Shown piece after piece: positions 9,015-16,788 of a stretch of 32,000 nt of DNA. Source of the stretch: Candidatus Nanosynbacter lyticus (GTDB taxonomy: Bacteria > Patescibacteriota > Saccharimonadia > Saccharimonadales > Saccharimonadaceae); contig NZ_CP007496.1 in the NCBI RefSeq assembly GCF_000803625.1, forward strand, positions 660,001 to 692,000, given 5' to 3'. The position numbers and the translations under genes are program-made. The notes beneath the pieces are model-generated. The model was not told where the DNA came from, searched no databases, and was given only the letters and a program-made list of their open reading frames with translations. Numbering within the stretch: the first letter of the stretch is position 1; every line of letters starts with the position of its first letter.

Positions 9015-9742
9015 TCTTCGACATACCTTTCCATTATTTTTTGGGCAGCTCTGAATTCCTCATCAGTAAAGGTGTGGTAGTTGGCAAATTTTGGACTAAT
9101 CGTCGTGCCAGTGCGAAAATGCTGCAGAGCAAATCGCTTGGCACCTTTAACAAGCTCACCAATCTTTTCAAAATCCGCCACCTCCAGCTGCTCGCGGACG
9201 ATCGTCGTCCGAAATTCATGACCAATCCCTGAATCAATCATCAGCCGCACATTGTCTTTGATCGCCGTGAGATCAATCGGCCGCGCCGCAATCTCCACGT
9301 ATTTTTCCAGCGGCCCCTTAACGTCCATGGCGATGAAGTCAATCGTCCCCTCCTCGACCATACCGCGCACCATGTCAGGATGCGTGCCGTTGGTATCCAG
9401 CTTGACATCAAAACCAAGACCCTTAATCATCCGACACAACACCGGCAAATCCTCATTGACCGTCGGCTCGCCACCAGAAATCACCACGCCGTCTAGCCGG
9501 CCAATACGCGATTTCAGAAAGATCATCGCCTCCTCGACCGGGATGCTCGGTGCCAACCGCTCAGGTAACACCAGCTCAGGATTGTGGCAATAGCCGCAGC
9601 GCATATTACAGCCAGAGAGAAACAGCGCTGCCGCCACGTGCCCGGGATAGTCCACCAGCGACAGCTTCTGAATCCCGCCAATCGCCACCTTAAGCTGGGA
9701 CAGCGACGGCGCAAGCTCGCTGATGTTCGGCGGCATCGTCAT
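8999..9742 (-). CDS. nrdG: Anaerobic ribonucleoside-triphosphate reductase activating radical SAM protein (NrdG2-like)
   Basis: 247 aa. Radical SAM CxxxCxxC 'SGCNMRCGYCHNPEL', 'GVVISGGEPT'. Adjacent to nrdD. SD-like GGGAG upstream of the ATG at 9742. Confidence 0.9.
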   Translation of the reverse strand: MTMPPNISELAPSLSQLKVAIGGIQKLSLVDYPGHVAAALFLSGCNMRCGYCHNPELVLPERLAPSIPVEEAMIFLKSRIGRLDGVVISGGEPTVNEDLPVLCRMIKGLGFDVKLDTNGTHPDMVRGMVEEGTIDFIAMDVKGPLEKYVEIAARPIDLTAIKDNVRLMIDSGIGHEFRTTIVREQLEVADFEKIGELVKGAKRFALQHFRTGTTISPKFANYHTFTDEEFRAAQKIMERYVEECVIH

Positions 9743-11819
9743 AATGCTCCCTCATGTCAAATTCAGCCTGCTTACCCTTGTTCCACTGAGAAACTGGGCG
9801 CAAGAAGCCAACCACACGTGAGTAAACTTCGGTCGTTTCATTACAATTTGGACATGTTGGATGTTCACCAACCAAGTAACCGTGATTCTTACAAATACTG
9901 AAGCTTGGGCTGAAGGTGAAGTATGGCAGTTTGTAATTTTCACAAATCGTTTTGACCAGTTTTTTCAGCGTCTGCGGATCATCCATGCGCTCACCCAGGA
10001 AGAAGTGAATCACCGTACCACCCGTGTACTTGGTCTGCAAATTATCCTGCAAATCCATCAGCTCAAACAGGTCGTCAGTGTAGTTGACCGGCAAGTGGCT
10101 GGAGTTGGTATAGAACGGATGCTTGACCGCCGCGCCGAGGCCATTGGCGAAGTGCGCTCGGTCAGGGAAGCTGGCCTTGTCGAGCTGCGCCAAGCGATAG
10201 GTCGTACCCTCAGCTGGCGTCGCCTCCAGGTTGTAGTTATTGCCCGTTTCTTTCTGGTATTCCACCAAGCGGTCGCGCATGAAATCAAGTGTTTTCTCGG
10301 CAAACGCCTTACCCTTTTCCGTGCCAATGTCAACACCCAGCAGGTTCAACGCCGCTTCGTTGGTGCCAATCAAACCAATGGTTGAGAAGTGATTTTTCCA
10401 GTATTGGTTAAATCGCTGCTTGATGTTGCGCAAGTAGAACTTGGTGTACGGGTAGAGGTTAGCGTCAGTCAATCGCTCCAGGACCTTGCGCTTAGTCTCC
10501 AGACTATCTTTCGCCATATCCATGAGTTCGCCTAGGCCCTTGAAAAACTCTTTCTCATTCTTCGACTTCAGTGCCAAACGTGGCAAGTTAATCGTCACCA
10601 CACCAACTGAACCAGTCATTGGGTTTGAGCCAAACAAGCCACCACCGCGATATTCCAGCTGGCGATTATCAATGCGCAAACGGCAGCACATTGAGCGCGC
10701 GTCTTCTGGATCCATATCAGAATTGATGAAATTCGAGAAGTACGGAATGCCATACTTGGCGCTGGCTTCCCACAGACTTTCAATCACTGGATTATCCCAG
10801 TTGAAATCCTTGGTAATATTAACCGTTGGGATTGGGAAGGTAAAGACGCGGCCGTTAGCATCACCCTCAGACAGCACCTCCAGCAGCGCCTTGTTGAGCA
10901 TATTCATCTCTTCTTGGTATTCGCCATAAGTGGAATCCTGCATTTCACCGCCGATTATCACTGGATTATCAGCCATGTGTTTTGGGCACTCGAGATCAAG
11001 CGTAATGTTGGTAAACGGTGTTTGGAAACCAACTCGTGTTGGCACATTAACATTAAAGACGAATTCTTGCAGCGCCTGCTTCACCTCGTCGTAGTTCAAT
11101 TTATCAGCGCGAATAAATGGCGCCAGCAGTGTATCAAAATCAGAAAATGCCTGAGCACCAGCTGCCTCACCCTGCAAGGTGTAGAAGAAGTTTACCACCT
11201 GGCCCAAGGCTGAGCGGAAATGCTTGGCTGGCTTGGAGGCCACCTTTCCAGCAACACCGGTAAAGCCTTCTTGCAACAGATCAGTTAAATCCCAACCAAC
11301 ACAGTAAACACTGAGGAGATTCAGGTCGTGAATGTGCAAATCACCCTCTTTGTGTGCCTGACCAATCTTTGGCGTGTAGATTTTGTCCAACCAGTAAGTT
11401 TTGGTAATTTCGGCTGAAACGTAATTGTTCAAACCCTGTAGGCTGTAGCCCATGTTGGAGTTTTCATTCACTTTCCAGTCCAAGTTGCCCAGGTATTTAT
11501 CAATTAAATCAATGTGCGATTCAGAGGTAATTTCACGTAATTTTTTGTGCTGGTCGCGGTAAATAATGTAGGCCTTGGCGGTCTTCTTAAACTTAGAATC
11601 AATCAAAATATCTTCGACAATGTCTTGGATATCTTCAACGCCCGGTAGACGTTTTTGGTTGCGAGCTTCCAACACCACCAGCACTTTCTCAGTTAGATCC
11701 TCGGCAGTTTTTTTATCAAATTCGCCAGTCTCCAGGCCGGCTTTTTCAATGGCTTTTTCGATTTTTTTGCGATCAAATTTGACGGTGCGACCATCACGTT
11801 TTTTGATTGATTTGTACAT
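9690..11819 (-). CDS. nrdD: Anaerobic ribonucleoside-triphosphate reductase NrdD (class III)
   Basis: ATP-cone N-terminus 'KRDGRTVKFDRKKIEKAIEKAG', zinc site 'CKNHGYLVGEHPTCPNC', glycyl-radical motif 'SRVVGFLRPVSQWNKGKQAEF'. Start set at 11819 (MYKSIKK) because of an excellent SD (AAGGAGGGG) just upstream; the listed ORF start at 11888 is probably an artefact. Confidence 0.96.
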   Translation of the reverse strand: MYKSIKKRDGRTVKFDRKKIEKAIEKAGLETGEFDKKTAEDLTEKVLVVLEARNQKRLPGVEDIQDIVEDILIDSKFKKTAKAYIIYRDQHKKLREITSESHIDLIDKYLGNLDWKVNENSNMGYSLQGLNNYVSAEITKTYWLDKIYTPKIGQAHKEGDLHIHDLNLLSVYCVGWDLTDLLQEGFTGVAGKVASKPAKHFRSALGQVVNFFYTLQGEAAGAQAFSDFDTLLAPFIRADKLNYDEVKQALQEFVFNVNVPTRVGFQTPFTNITLDLECPKHMADNPVIIGGEMQDSTYGEYQEEMNMLNKALLEVLSEGDANGRVFTFPIPTVNITKDFNWDNPVIESLWEASAKYGIPYFSNFINSDMDPEDARSMCCRLRIDNRQLEYRGGGLFGSNPMTGSVGVVTINLPRLALKSKNEKEFFKGLGELMDMAKDSLETKRKVLERLTDANLYPYTKFYLRNIKQRFNQYWKNHFSTIGLIGTNEAALNLLGVDIGTEKGKAFAEKTLDFMRDRLVEYQKETGNNYNLEATPAEGTTYRLAQLDKASFPDRAHFANGLGAAVKHPFYTNSSHLPVNYTDDLFELMDLQDNLQTKYTGGTVIHFFLGERMDDPQTLKKLVKTICENYKLPYFTFSPSFSICKNHGYLVGEHPTCPNCNETTEVYSRVVGFLRPVSQWNKGKQAEFDMREHYDDAAEHQRACAVAVPA

Positions 11820-11904
11820 ACCCCTCCTTATTATGACAACAACAAACAGGCCCCAATCTCCCCGAGGGGTGCGTGTTGCAAAAAACATTATTTATTTTCT
11901 AAAA

Positions 11905-11920
11905 ACACCATATATAGTGC
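11905..11920 (-). promoter_or_regulatory. NrdR box 1 (candidate)
   Basis: ACACCATATATAGTGC, close to the NrdR palindrome acaCwATATaTwGtgt. Located 86-101 bp upstream of the nrdD start. Confidence 0.8.
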
Positions 11921-11929
11921 TTAATATAG

Positions 11930-11959
11930 AATATACACGCGATATATAGCGTATGTCAA
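11930..11959 (-). promoter_or_regulatory. nrdD operon promoter
   Basis: Minus strand TTGACA (11954-11959), N18, TATATT (11930-11935). Confidence 0.65.
11937..11952 (-). promoter_or_regulatory. NrdR box 2 (candidate)
   Basis: ACGCGATATATAGCGT, exactly 32 bp (about three helical turns) from box 1, the canonical paired spacing. It lies inside the -35/-10 spacer. Confidence 0.78.
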
Positions 11960-11994
11960 CGAAAATACATTGTATTATTTACATATATCAACTT

Positions 11995-13005
11995 CTATAC
12001 AGCTTGTAGTAGATCATAAGCGGTGGCCGCTGACAGCGCCTGCATTTGGCGAAGATTATCACCTGGCTTAAGCGGCGGTTTGAGGCTGCGGATAAGGAAA
12101 AAACCGACAAACGCTGCCAGCATTTCAGTATTGAGTTCATCTAGCCACGGCGCTACATCCTGTCCGTGGCGCGCCATATCGATTAGAAACTCCGTCGCTC
12201 CAGACCCCTGAGGTGCATAGGAAGCCCAGTTCCAATCAACCAATTTCAACTCACCAGTTTGCGGATGAAACGCCAAGTTATCACTGCGAACATCAGTGTG
12301 ATTAAAACAATCTTCTGGCTGTTTGGCGAAGTGTTTAGCATGTACCGAAATATCGGCTAATTCATCGCCCCTATTTAGTAACTCTATCATCTTCTGGCAG
12401 CGCCGCTGGTTGACTTCTGATTGCTCCGGTAATAATATTTGGTAATTATCGATCAGCTGACGGCGAATATCACCGTCAATAATAATCTGGTCAATGCCAT
12501 TATCCAAGCCAAGTTCTGTCACTGCAAATGATTGCAGTTGCAGCTCCTCAATAACCTCACGTGGTAAATCTGTTTTTTCCAGCTCGCGAACCGCCGCTAC
12601 CACCGCTAAAATGTATCGTTCTGCCACAGATTTTTCCTCTGGCGGTTGCCACAACCAGCCGTTGGCTGACGCATAACTGGTTGTCATCAGCACATATCCA
12701 TCATCACTTAGCGTAATCTGATCAGCCACATATTGCGGGTGAATTTCCTGCAACATCCGCATCACTTCATAATCTTTTTTCAGCCAGCCTAATTCCCGCT
12801 CGCCTTCGTCTGGCAACACATCAACATCAACTTCTTTGACAAAAATCGTCCGATCGCCCGCCGACACCAAGGCTCGGCGATTACGTGAAAAGCCACCACT
12901 GACTGACGTTACTCGCAGGCCAGAAGAGCCGATACCGAGTTCTGCTGCCGCACAATGCAGCGCTCTGTCGGTCAACAACTGTCTTTGATTAACTAAAGCC
13001 TCCAT
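11995..13005 (-). CDS. Phosphotransferase (APH/choline kinase-like fold)
   Basis: 336 aa. Catalytic region 'CFNHTDVRSDNLAFHPQTGELKLVDWNWA'. Confidence 0.75.
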   Translation of the reverse strand: MEALVNQRQLLTDRALHCAAAELGIGSSGLRVTSVSGGFSRNRRALVSAGDRTIFVKEVDVDVLPDEGERELGWLKKDYEVMRMLQEIHPQYVADQITLSDDGYVLMTTSYASANGWLWQPPEEKSVAERYILAVVAAVRELEKTDLPREVIEELQLQSFAVTELGLDNGIDQIIIDGDIRRQLIDNYQILLPEQSEVNQRRCQKMIELLNRGDELADISVHAKHFAKQPEDCFNHTDVRSDNLAFHPQTGELKLVDWNWASYAPQGSGATEFLIDMARHGQDVAPWLDELNTEMLAAFVGFFLIRSLKPPLKPGDNLRQMQALSAATAYDLLQAV

Positions 13006-13011
13006 GTAAAA

Positions 13012-13017
13012 ATTATA
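13012..13017 (-). promoter_or_regulatory. Leaderless-type -10 for the APH-like gene
   Basis: Minus strand TGATATAAT-TTTTAC-ATG. Confidence 0.7.
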
Positions 13018-13149
13018 TCATTGATATTACTACTGTTGTCTCATTAACCTACTACTATCGACTCTCTTTTGTTATTGGGTTTATAGACTACTTTACTTTC
13101 ATTAAGCTTATAGTTATAATATCTGTGAATACATATATAGGGGGAGAAA

Positions 13150-14778
13150 ATGTTAATAAAAAAACGTTTTTCAAATAAAAAAGTAAAGGCATTGGCTGGA
13201 ATAATGACCGCATGTCTAATTTTCGGCGGAACATTATTTGCGTTACCAATACAAAATGCTAGAGGTAATGATGATTCATATCCACCCAACGATGACAATT
13301 ACGAAAAGGTTTGGTGGGACGAATTTAATGACACGTCTTTAAATAGAGAAAAATGGGATTATTACGTCGGCGGCTGGAACGCCAGTGAAGTTCAAAACTG
13401 CTATAAAGATTCACCCGAGAACGTTAATGTTAGTGGTGGCAGCTTAAACCTGGTCGGCCTTTATAAGCCAGGTCTGACATGTAACCAAGGAAGGAACGGT
13501 GACTTTACCTCTGGATTTGTGCATACAAAAGATAAAAAAGCTTGGACTTATGGCTATTTTGAAGCTCGCATAAAAATGCCAACAAATAAAAGTACTTGGC
13601 CTGCATTCTGGATGAGCCCTCAGGAAGCTAAATACGGTGGCTGGCCTAAGAGTGGAGAAATCGATATCGTAGAGACAAAGGGCTCTAACTTAAATTATGC
13701 CGCTTCTGATGCTCACTGGGGAATTTCAGCAGTGAATAAAAGCCACAGTCAGCGCGTAATTGGAACAGATAAATTTAGCGATACTAGCCAGTGGCATACA
13801 TACGGCGTTAAGTGGACCGAAGGCAAGCTTGAATTTTATATTGACGGTAATAGATACCATGAAATTAAAAACTTTAGCCAGCCGAACTCTACTAATCACC
13901 CTGGACCCTTCAATATCCCATTTTACCTACGACTTAACCTAGCGATTGGCGGTAGCTACATTGACGCTCCATGGAAAGATGCCCATAATTCTATAGCCGA
14001 CTTCCCAGCTACTATGTCAATCGACTATGTCCGTGTTTATCAGAGAAAACCGCGACAGCCTAAAAACGTCAATGTGCCAGATAGCAATTTGCGTACCCTG
14101 CTTAACCAAAAATTAGCAGCACAACTTGGGACTACTCGCACCAATGATCAAGTCATTACCGACGTAGAGCTAGAAAGCTTAACAAATCTTAACTTGGATG
14201 CAGCACCAAATGCACCACTTGATCAGCGAATTAACAATCTTACCGGCCTAGAGGCAACTAAAAACCTCACAGCCCTGTCCCTTCAGAATAATGCAATTAG
14301 CGACCTAAGACCGCTTGCCGGACTAGCATCCTTAACTTCGCTAAATCTTAATGATCAATTAATCGCTTCAAGCACTAATACCGACTCATTTGCTTCACCT
14401 CTAAGGGATCCTGCAGGAAATACTGTCGATATAAATAATTCAGCAGAAGTAGCTAACGATGCAGCAAACCCTGGAAAGATTAAACTACTCTCACCAATCC
14501 GTGACGGCAATCCTCATCTTATTGTCGCTAATTGGTCGAGGAACGTAACTATTGGGACAGCTTCAGCCGTCTTTAGTGGCAAACTTAATGTAACCGCCAC
14601 CTTGCAAGCAGCGCCAACACCACAGCCACAGCCTAACCCTAGTACGCCAAGTAATACTCAGAAACCAGGAAAAACTCAAAGCTCTAATAATTCACTAGCA
14701 AGCACAGGATTTAATATTCTCCTGGGAGTCGTAACTGCCCTACTGATTGGTATAGCAGGCATGTTTATCCTACGATAA
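13150..14778 (+). CDS. Secreted glycoside hydrolase family 16 (beta-glucanase-like) with LRR-like repeats and C-terminal TM anchor
   Basis: 542 aa. Signal/TM N-terminus, 'WWDEFNDTSLNREKWDYY', GH16 catalytic 'GEIDIVETKG', 'YLRLNLAIGG'; LRR-like 'LTNLNLD...INNLTGLEATKNLTALSLQNNAISDLRPLAGLASLTSLNLND'; C-term 'SLASTGFNILLGVVTALLIGIAGMFILR'. SD AGGGGAG before the ATG. Confidence 0.9.
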   Translation: MLIKKRFSNKKVKALAGIMTACLIFGGTLFALPIQNARGNDDSYPPNDDNYEKVWWDEFNDTSLNREKWDYYVGGWNASEVQNCYKDSPENVNVSGGSLNLVGLYKPGLTCNQGRNGDFTSGFVHTKDKKAWTYGYFEARIKMPTNKSTWPAFWMSPQEAKYGGWPKSGEIDIVETKGSNLNYAASDAHWGISAVNKSHSQRVIGTDKFSDTSQWHTYGVKWTEGKLEFYIDGNRYHEIKNFSQPNSTNHPGPFNIPFYLRLNLAIGGSYIDAPWKDAHNSIADFPATMSIDYVRVYQRKPRQPKNVNVPDSNLRTLLNQKLAAQLGTTRTNDQVITDVELESLTNLNLDAAPNAPLDQRINNLTGLEATKNLTALSLQNNAISDLRPLAGLASLTSLNLNDQLIASSTNTDSFASPLRDPAGNTVDINNSAEVANDAANPGKIKLLSPIRDGNPHLIVANWSRNVTIGTASAVFSGKLNVTATLQAAPTPQPQPNPSTPSNTQKPGKTQSSNNSLASTGFNILLGVVTALLIGIAGMFILR

Positions 14779-14790
14779 TCATATAAACTA

Positions 14791-14828
14791 GAAGATGTCA
14801 TCACTTATGGTATGACATCTTCTTTTTG
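14791..14828 (+). terminator. Rho-independent terminator after the GH16 gene
   Basis: GAAGATGTCAT-N10-ATGACATCTTC followed by a T-run; 11-bp perfect stem. Confidence 0.88.
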
Positions 14829-14856
14829 TATATTTACTGTCCAGCTAAGATAGGTA

Positions 14857-14882
14857 AAGAAAAAACACCTCCGCAGAAGTGT
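14857..14882 (-). terminator. Rho-independent terminator of tRNA-Asn
   Basis: Minus strand ACACTTC-TGCG-GAGGTGT followed by TTTTTTC. Confidence 0.7.
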
Positions 14883-14889
14883 CTTTTCT

Positions 14890-14964
14890 TGGCTCCGGCA
14901 GCTGGGCTCGAACCAGCGACCTATTGGTTAACAGCCAACCGCTCTACCACTGAGCTATGCCGGA
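14890..14964 (-). tRNA. tRNA-Asn (GUU)
   Basis: TCCGGCATAGCTCAGTGGTAGAGCGGTTGGCTGTTAACCAATAGGTCGCTGGTTCGAGCCCAGCTGCCGGAGCCA: 7-bp acceptor stem, anticodon GTT, GGTTCGAGCC T-loop, encoded CCA. TATAAT -10 at 14976-14981. Confidence 0.95.
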
Positions 14965-15005
14965 ATACGAATCTTATTATAGCGAGTTTTTAAACAGTTG
15001 TAAAG

Positions 15006-15338
15006 TTACTGACGAACAATTTCTAGTGCTTTTTTCAAAATTTCTACTTCTTTGCGTGATTTTTCATCATCTTTTTCTTCTCTTTTCTTGATCTCTCTAG
15101 TCAAATTATTCCACCAAACCTCTTTTTCAGCACTACACACAGCCAAAGACCTTACTTCGCCGTCGCGCTTATCCAGTAATCCTGCCGACACCAAATTATC
15201 AACATGTTTAGCTACAGTTGAAACCGATTTATATCCGAGTGCACGCATAATTTCCCGCAGTGTCGGACTGTAGCCGTTACCCTTAATAAAACCATCGATG
15301 AAATCCAGCATCATTTTCTGTTTTTTCGTCAACTTCAT
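15006..15338 (-). CDS. LexA-N-terminal-domain-like winged-helix regulator without the S24 peptidase domain
   Basis: 'KLTKKQKMMLDFIDGFIKGNGYSPTLREIMRALGYKSVSTVAKHVDNLVSAGLL' matches the LexA DNA-binding domain. The C-terminus is a charged coiled-coil-like helix, with no A-G cleavage site and no Ser/Lys dyad region. Start chosen at 15338 from promoter geometry (listed ORF starts at 15353). Confidence 0.75.
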   Translation of the reverse strand: MKLTKKQKMMLDFIDGFIKGNGYSPTLREIMRALGYKSVSTVAKHVDNLVSAGLLDKRDGEVRSLAVCSAEKEVWWNNLTREIKKREEKDDEKSRKEVEILKKALEIVRQ

Positions 15339-15343
15339 ATCTA

Positions 15344-15367
15344 AAGTATACACTATGCGCTATACTT
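15344..15367. promoter_or_regulatory. Divergent promoter/operator with inverted repeat
   Basis: AAGTATA-N10-TATACTT. Each arm contains a TATACT -10 hexamer pointing outward, each exactly 6 nt from an ATG (15338 minus, 15373 plus). Confidence 0.6.
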
Positions 15368-15372
15368 ACAGT

Positions 15373-16788
15373 ATGTCAAAAAACCTCATCAATGATATTC
15401 AATTTTGGCTCCTCGTAACGGTTATTTTCGGTGGTGCATTTGCCTTGCATCCCAGCCTCAACTTAGCAATCCTTGATTTTCCTTCATTACGATTAGGTCT
15501 ATATCAGTTAGTTGCAGTCAGCCTAGTACTATCCACGATACCGATATTATTTAAGAAACGGCAAACCTTCCTTAAAAATCGTTACCTAATTGGCGGGTTT
15601 TTAGCAATTTTTCTAGCCATGGCTATAGGCGTCTTTTTTGCCGAAGCGCATCTTCGCACTGCGCTTTATTCATTGTCGCTCTTATTTTTATTAGTTGTAG
15701 GCTTGTCGGCTGGCGTGGTTTATACAGAATTGTCAAAGACCAAAAAACACAGATTAGTCAAGTTTGGTTTATGGAGCGGTCTGGTTTTCGGAATCTTAGC
15801 AATTATCCAGCTCGTCGTTGCCACCTTCGAACCAACTGGCTTTGGCACGCTTTGTTCTGGCTGTAAAGCTGACGTTTTTGGTTTTCCGCGCATCAATCTA
15901 TTCGCCGCTGAACCACAGTTTTTAGCCAATGCCCTGCTACCCGCCTTTTTCTTAGCCCTCTTCCAACCAAAATCCCGCCTCACTCAACTCAGTTTATTTT
16001 TCACTGCCACAGCCATAGCCTTAACCTTTTCTCGCGGCGGATTTTTAGCAATTTTTCTAGCCATTATAATTTTCATCGCTATCGCCTCAATCAAGCGCCT
16101 CAATATTTCTTTCCTCTATAAAAACCTTCCTCTGATTATTATCGGCACGTTTTTCGGATTTACTTTACTATTTCTGTCTGCCAATATTCGCTATAGCAGT
16201 TCGCCGTTTATAGCACATAACACGCTTGTTAGTATGATTGACCAATTATCCCTCGGCCGAATTAAAATACCGCAAAAAACTGTCATTAAAACCCAGCCAG
16301 CACCATCTTCTCAACAGAAGACCTCAGATATAAAATCCACCCCGACAAAACAGGACTTCCAGCCTACCGGATTCGTTGAAGCTTCAGCTAACGATCGTCT
16401 TAGCGCCAGCGACCTAGCCCTTAAGTCCTGGCTGAGTTCGCCTCGTACGTTATTCTTTGGCGTCGGCCTCGGTAATCTCGGCAGCTTCATCCAAAAGCAC
16501 CTCCACATTAGCGTACCGACCGACCAAACCGTCTACATTTTCTACGTTTTACTACTTAGCGGACTCGGCATCATTGGCTTATTGCCGCTCATCCTACCAT
16601 CTCTTACAATTATCTTCTTTGCTATAAAAAATATCTGCCACCCTAAAGCGCAGCTTATCTTTTCATTAACCACTGCACTACTTATCCATTTCTGGTTTTT
16701 TGGCAGTTTTATTAACACAATTCATTGTTTTGCTATAATTGGTATATTTTTGTATAATTACCCCAGAGATTATGCGGAAAAAGTCTGA
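15373..16788 (+). CDS. O-antigen ligase-like polytopic membrane protein
   Basis: Multiple TM helices, 'ALTFSRGGFLAIFLAIIIFIA' and 'FFGVGLGNLGSFIQ' typical of the Wzy/WaaL-type family; first gene of the polysaccharide cluster. Confidence 0.75.
   Translation: MSKNLINDIQFWLLVTVIFGGAFALHPSLNLAILDFPSLRLGLYQLVAVSLVLSTIPILFKKRQTFLKNRYLIGGFLAIFLAMAIGVFFAEAHLRTALYSLSLLFLLVVGLSAGVVYTELSKTKKHRLVKFGLWSGLVFGILAIIQLVVATFEPTGFGTLCSGCKADVFGFPRINLFAAEPQFLANALLPAFFLALFQPKSRLTQLSLFFTATAIALTFSRGGFLAIFLAIIIFIAIASIKRLNISFLYKNLPLIIIGTFFGFTLLFLSANIRYSSSPFIAHNTLVSMIDQLSLGRIKIPQKTVIKTQPAPSSQQKTSDIKSTPTKQDFQPTGFVEASANDRLSASDLALKSWLSSPRTLFFGVGLGNLGSFIQKHLHISVPTDQTVYIFYVLLLSGLGIIGLLPLILPSLTIIFFAIKNICHPKAQLIFSLTTALLIHFWFFGSFINTIHCFAIIGIFLYNYPRDYAEKV

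Noticed and set aside
11846-11868. CCCCGAGGGG hairpin-like sequence in the nrdD leader as a riboswitch or terminator
   Set aside because: Only a 4-bp stem with a 2-nt loop and no U-tract; insufficient to claim a structured RNA.
11820-11888. N-terminal extension of NrdD (MFFATRTPRGDWGLFVVVIIRRG)
   Set aside because: The conserved protein begins at MYKSIKK (11819) with a perfect SD immediately upstream; the extension lies in the 5' leader.
13044-13298. Minus-strand 84 aa ORF
   Set aside because: Covers the GH16 promoter, SD and signal peptide on the opposite strand; no coding signal.
15344-15367. Inverted repeat as a canonical SOS box
   Set aside because: AAGTATA-N10-TATACTT does not match the E. 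coli CTG-N10-CAG or Gram-positive CGAAC-N4-GTTCG type boxes, so it is called only as a candidate operator.
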